Source: the human T2T-CHM13v2.0 reference genome, Homo sapiens. Taken from it: DNA of 64,000 bases. Position numbers and translations under genes: made by a program. Location of the stretch: NCBI RefSeq assembly GCF_009914755.1, contig NC_060925.1. The stretch is one strand, 5' to 3'. The stretch's first letter is position 1, and every line of letters starts with the position of its first letter. The notes under the pieces were generated by a model. It saw only the letters and a list, made by a program, of their open reading frames with translations. It was not told where the DNA came from and made no database searches. Positions 60,239 through 64,000 of this stretch are shown piece after piece.

Positions 60239-61155
60239 ACAAAAGGTATTTCTTATGTCCTGGCCTGGGTTGGTGGCTCAAGAGCCAAGCAAGGTAGACG
60301 GGGAATAAGTGGGGTTGGTCCACAGCTGTGGGATTTTGGAGTAAAGGGAAACAGGTATCCTTGCTGCAGGTAGGGAGGAGCAGCAGAGGAGAATGTAGAA
60401 GGTAGACAGTGAGCAGAGAGAAAGTATATGAGCCAGAATGAAATATCTCCAAGGAGGATAGGCCAGACAGAAAAACAAATGGATTCTGAAGACAGATCCT
60501 GGAATTAGTATCTAAAACATTAGAGTTCAGGAAGCCTTTTAGGACCACGAGCATCTATGGGCTGGGTGAAAGCTATAGCTGGGAACTTCTGTTTTCCTTG
60601 GATAGTGCAACCAAGGAGGCACAGGACTGGGGTCCCTCCAGGTTGGACAAAAACTTTCACTAGGAAGTTATCCAAAGGTACAAAGTAGATTCTAGTGGCT
60701 CCCTCCTGGTCTGAACTTTTCCCAGTAGACTACTGCTACCTAGAATGACTCATGCTGTTACAGGAAATCCAGCAGCTCCCCTTAGCACATGGTTCTTGAC
60801 TGGGAGCTTGAGTGTTAAAAGAGGGGATTGGATTATCAGAAAGAGCAGGATTTGGTGAAAGTCAAATGGAGGAATTTGGCATCGGGAGGATATTTTACAC
60901 CGTGCTTTAAGATAAAGGTTTGAAGACCTCCAGTTACCTTGAGGGGGTTTGGGGGGCAGATCTTCCAACTTCCAGCAGAGATGAGTTATGTGTATGGACC
61001 AAAAGGGGAGTCAGGTGGCACTGCCACTTAGGAGAGTTCTCTAGAACCCAGTGTTGATCAGTGTACTTCTTACCAGAACTTGGGCCTCTCTAAGGTGGTA
61101 ATAGTGCAGGATTATCACTTCTGATTTGAAATTAGGAGCTCTGCTATTTACCATC

Positions 61156-61478
61156 TTTATTTTATTTATTTTATTTTATATTATTTATTTTATTTTGAGA
61201 CAGGGTCTCGCTCAGTCACCCAGGTTAGAGTGCAACGACGTGATCACAGCTCACTGCAGCCTTGACCTCCCAGACTCAAGCGATCCTCTCACCTCATCCT
61301 CCCTGGTGGCTGGGACTACAGGCACATGCCACCTCTCCCAGCTAATCTTCACATTTTTAGTAGAGATGGGGTTTCACCATGTTGCCCAGGCTGGTCTTGA
61401 ACTCCAGGACTCAAGCAATCTGCCTGCCTTGGCCTCCCAAAGTGCTGGGATTGCAAGCGTGAGCCACTGTGTCCGGCC
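61156..61478 (-). mobile_element. AluJ
   Basis: Dimer with (TTTA)n tail. Confidence 0.92.
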
Positions 61479-61936
61479 TATTCACTGTCTTGATGATGAC
61501 AGAGAAAAGGTATGGGTTTCCAGGGTCCTGGCATAGCCAGGGAAGAGTATAAAAATGGGTAGGAATTATGTATAACTTGGGGTTTGGGGGGAAAAAGGAA
61601 TTGATATCCTTGTCCCAGGTAAGGATGGGAGGCAAAGGAGGGGCAGAAATGAGAAATGCAAGTGGAATCATGCTGTCACAGGTCGCCCTGGCCAGATGTA
61701 AAGCCACTAACTTCATATTACAGGCTTTCTTGGCTCCACCCCACACGGTCCTGGGGCTCTCAGAAATGCCACTGCACAATTTTTGTTGATACTTAATCAC
61801 TTGGTCAGCTGTAACTGTGTATAAAGAACCCGAAAGTGTTTTAGGCAGATTATTTCTCAGGGCAGAACCTCTATTTTACACATTATTTTATAGTAAAGGT
61901 AGGTGAGAGTTTAAGTTTGATTCTAAAGCTATCCCA

Positions 61937-62250
61937 GGCTGGGTTCAGTGGCTCACACCTGTAATCCCAGAACTTTGGGAGGCCAAGGTGCGAGGATCAC
62001 TTGGGCCCAGGAGTTCAAGACTAGCCTGGGCAACATTACAAGACCCTGCCTCTACAAAAAAAAATTTCTTTAATTAGCTTGGTGTCAGGGTGTGTGCCTG
62101 TGGTCCCCCCTCATCTACTCGAGAGGCTGAGGTGGGAGGAACGCTTGAGCCCAGGAGGTAAACACTGCAGTGAGAAGTGTTTGCACCACTACACTCCAGC
62201 CTGGACAACAGAGCAAGACCCTGTGTCTCAAAAAACAAAATAAAAACAAA
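61937..62250 (+). mobile_element. AluJ
   Basis: 'aggatcacttgggcccaggagttcaag', 'cttgagcccaggagg'. Confidence 0.92.
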
Positions 62251-64000
62251 ATGAGGCTACCCTAAAATAGCTGCATAAACAAAGCCATGTCAAATGATGA
62301 TATTCCCCCATCAGTGTCCCCTGGACTGCTGGCTTCTGGGAGAAGGCATCCTCTGGTGGCCAACTAGCACCCATCAAGCTGGTCATGAGCACAGCCTCCA
62401 GCTTTACGCCAGTCACTCCAAGGCCTGAGCATGCTGGCCCTGGCTTCTGGGTACCCTTCCAGCTCAGAGGATGACAGTGTGGAGCTAAACAGGGGTTTAG
62501 CCATAGGGAGGGCTTTGGGAAATCAGAGGCACTAGATTCTCTATATGAGGCTTTAAAATAGTAGAATGATGAATGAAATCCTGAAAATCAATCGGGGACC
62601 TCCAAGAGAGATAAGTACTTGATCCACTGCAGGGCCTCCTACTCTAGCACTCTAAAAACCTTGTCCATCACTGGCCAGGCCGGATTTGGTCCAGCAATTC
62701 CTCCTCAGGTTGTCAAAGGCCTGGTTTTCTGGAGATGCTCACAGGTGCCCCTCAGCTGGCTGTTGAAGGCTATCTGTAAGCTCCACCAGAATGAGGACTT
62801 TGTATTGCCTGTTTCGTTTACCACAGTGCATTTAAGTAGGTAGGTCTCCATAAATATTTTTGTTGAAAAGGATGAGTAAAAGTGCCTGACCCAGGAATGT
62901 GAGATGTACCCATTCAAATCAACTATGATCTATACATCCAGGAGGCCATGCAGTAAGCTGAGAATCAGGTAGAGAAGATGGGCAGGCTTCTTTAGTCCAA
63001 ATGATATCTCTTGCTCTGTCTCCTACCGGCCAAGGCATATCTAAAGGCCATATTCGACTTCTTGCATACAAATAAGATGGAGGTTCCTACAGAGATCTGA
63101 TTTCCTAAAGCCCCATGCCTGCTAGCATTGATGTGGAAAGACACACACAGACTTGGGGCAGGACGACAGCTGCACAGTGGAGCTCATAACGGGGACAGGG
63201 GAGGAACAAGCAGCTTCTCAATTCTCTTGTCTGAAAGTGGCTGTGGACTATATCTAGCACTCTTGCTACAGGGAGAGTTACCAGAATAAAGTTCAGCAGC
63301 AGGTTCTGGCAATGCTGTCCAGAGTGAAACAGAAGATGGGGTCCTCTGAAAGATGGTTGAGTAGTGGCCTCTACTAGCCAGGAGTGAAACACTATAGAGA
63401 TGTATGGCCAGGAGGTGACGGAAAGCACGGGCTTTATGCATGTTCTGCCATGTGCAGCAGCATGTTGGAAGCAATGAATGGGTCACCTCCCCTTCCCAGT
63501 AGGGGCTACACATACATCAGCAGCACCCAATCATTTTGTTTCATCCTTAAGACAGATGGGAAATAGGCAAGCTGGATGAAGGCATGGTATGTGAAGCTGC
63601 CAGATCACCTAAGCCTGTCTGCTGTCATCCAAAGCTCTGTCAGAATGTGCAACACTTGTTCAAATGCCTGAGGTGACAGCAATGGTCAGAAGAGCTGCTA
63701 CATTCAGGAGAAGGAGTAGGCCCAAGGCACCCTGCCTCCTCTTTTTCAGAGGTGTTGAAGGGCCAGAGCTTATGCCAGTTCCATGCACAGAGTGTCCTAG
63801 ATTTTTCTTCCAGAAGTAAGAATACAAGGCTGGGTCATTCTCACACAACCAGTAGGTTCAGGGCTGGAACCACTCCACAAAGCTGGGCAATGAAGGTCTT
63901 TACCCAAACGTACAGGTGGCATCTCAAGCAAGGTGATTAGGGCTAAAGGAAGTCAAGGTACTTTAGAGGAGTAGATGGCTGAAGCAGAGATGTTCTCATT

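Noticed and set aside
60370-61900. Possible ERV internal (pol/env) remnant
   Set aside because: Only a vague IHITHL-like motif; no LTRs or catalytic motifs I can support.

Overview
Primate genomic DNA, almost certainly human, because it carries near-consensus AluYa5-type and AluYb8-type insertions. It is moderately GC-rich, repeat-dense and looks intronic or intergenic. I could not identify a cellular protein-coding gene, structural RNA gene or CRISPR-like array. Nearly all ORF-track entries are artefacts of Alus, microsatellites or chance. The dominant feature is a full-length ~6.03-kb L1PA2/L1PA3-type LINE-1 (27716-33745, +) with disabled ORF1, ORF2 and ORF0 but an intact-looking 5'UTR promoter. 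Around it are about 20 Alus (J, S and Y lineages, many with readable target-site duplications, TSDs), MaLR solo LTRs, old L1M/L2/MIR/CR1 fragments, nested DNA transposon fossils and several short local duplications. The best leads are: (i) minus-strand candidate exons (43085-43247, 27144-27292, donor at 18875) that each end an ATG-initiated frame in phase 0, one lying just downstream of the L1 antisense promoter; (ii) a mosaic AluYb element; (iii) a ~1.26-kb element bounded by terminal inverted repeats (TIRs) that I cannot assign to a family; (iv) a pogo/Tc2-type transposase fossil. Subfamily calls come from remembered consensus diagnostics, not from a search. I do not see strong evidence for a novel biological system.
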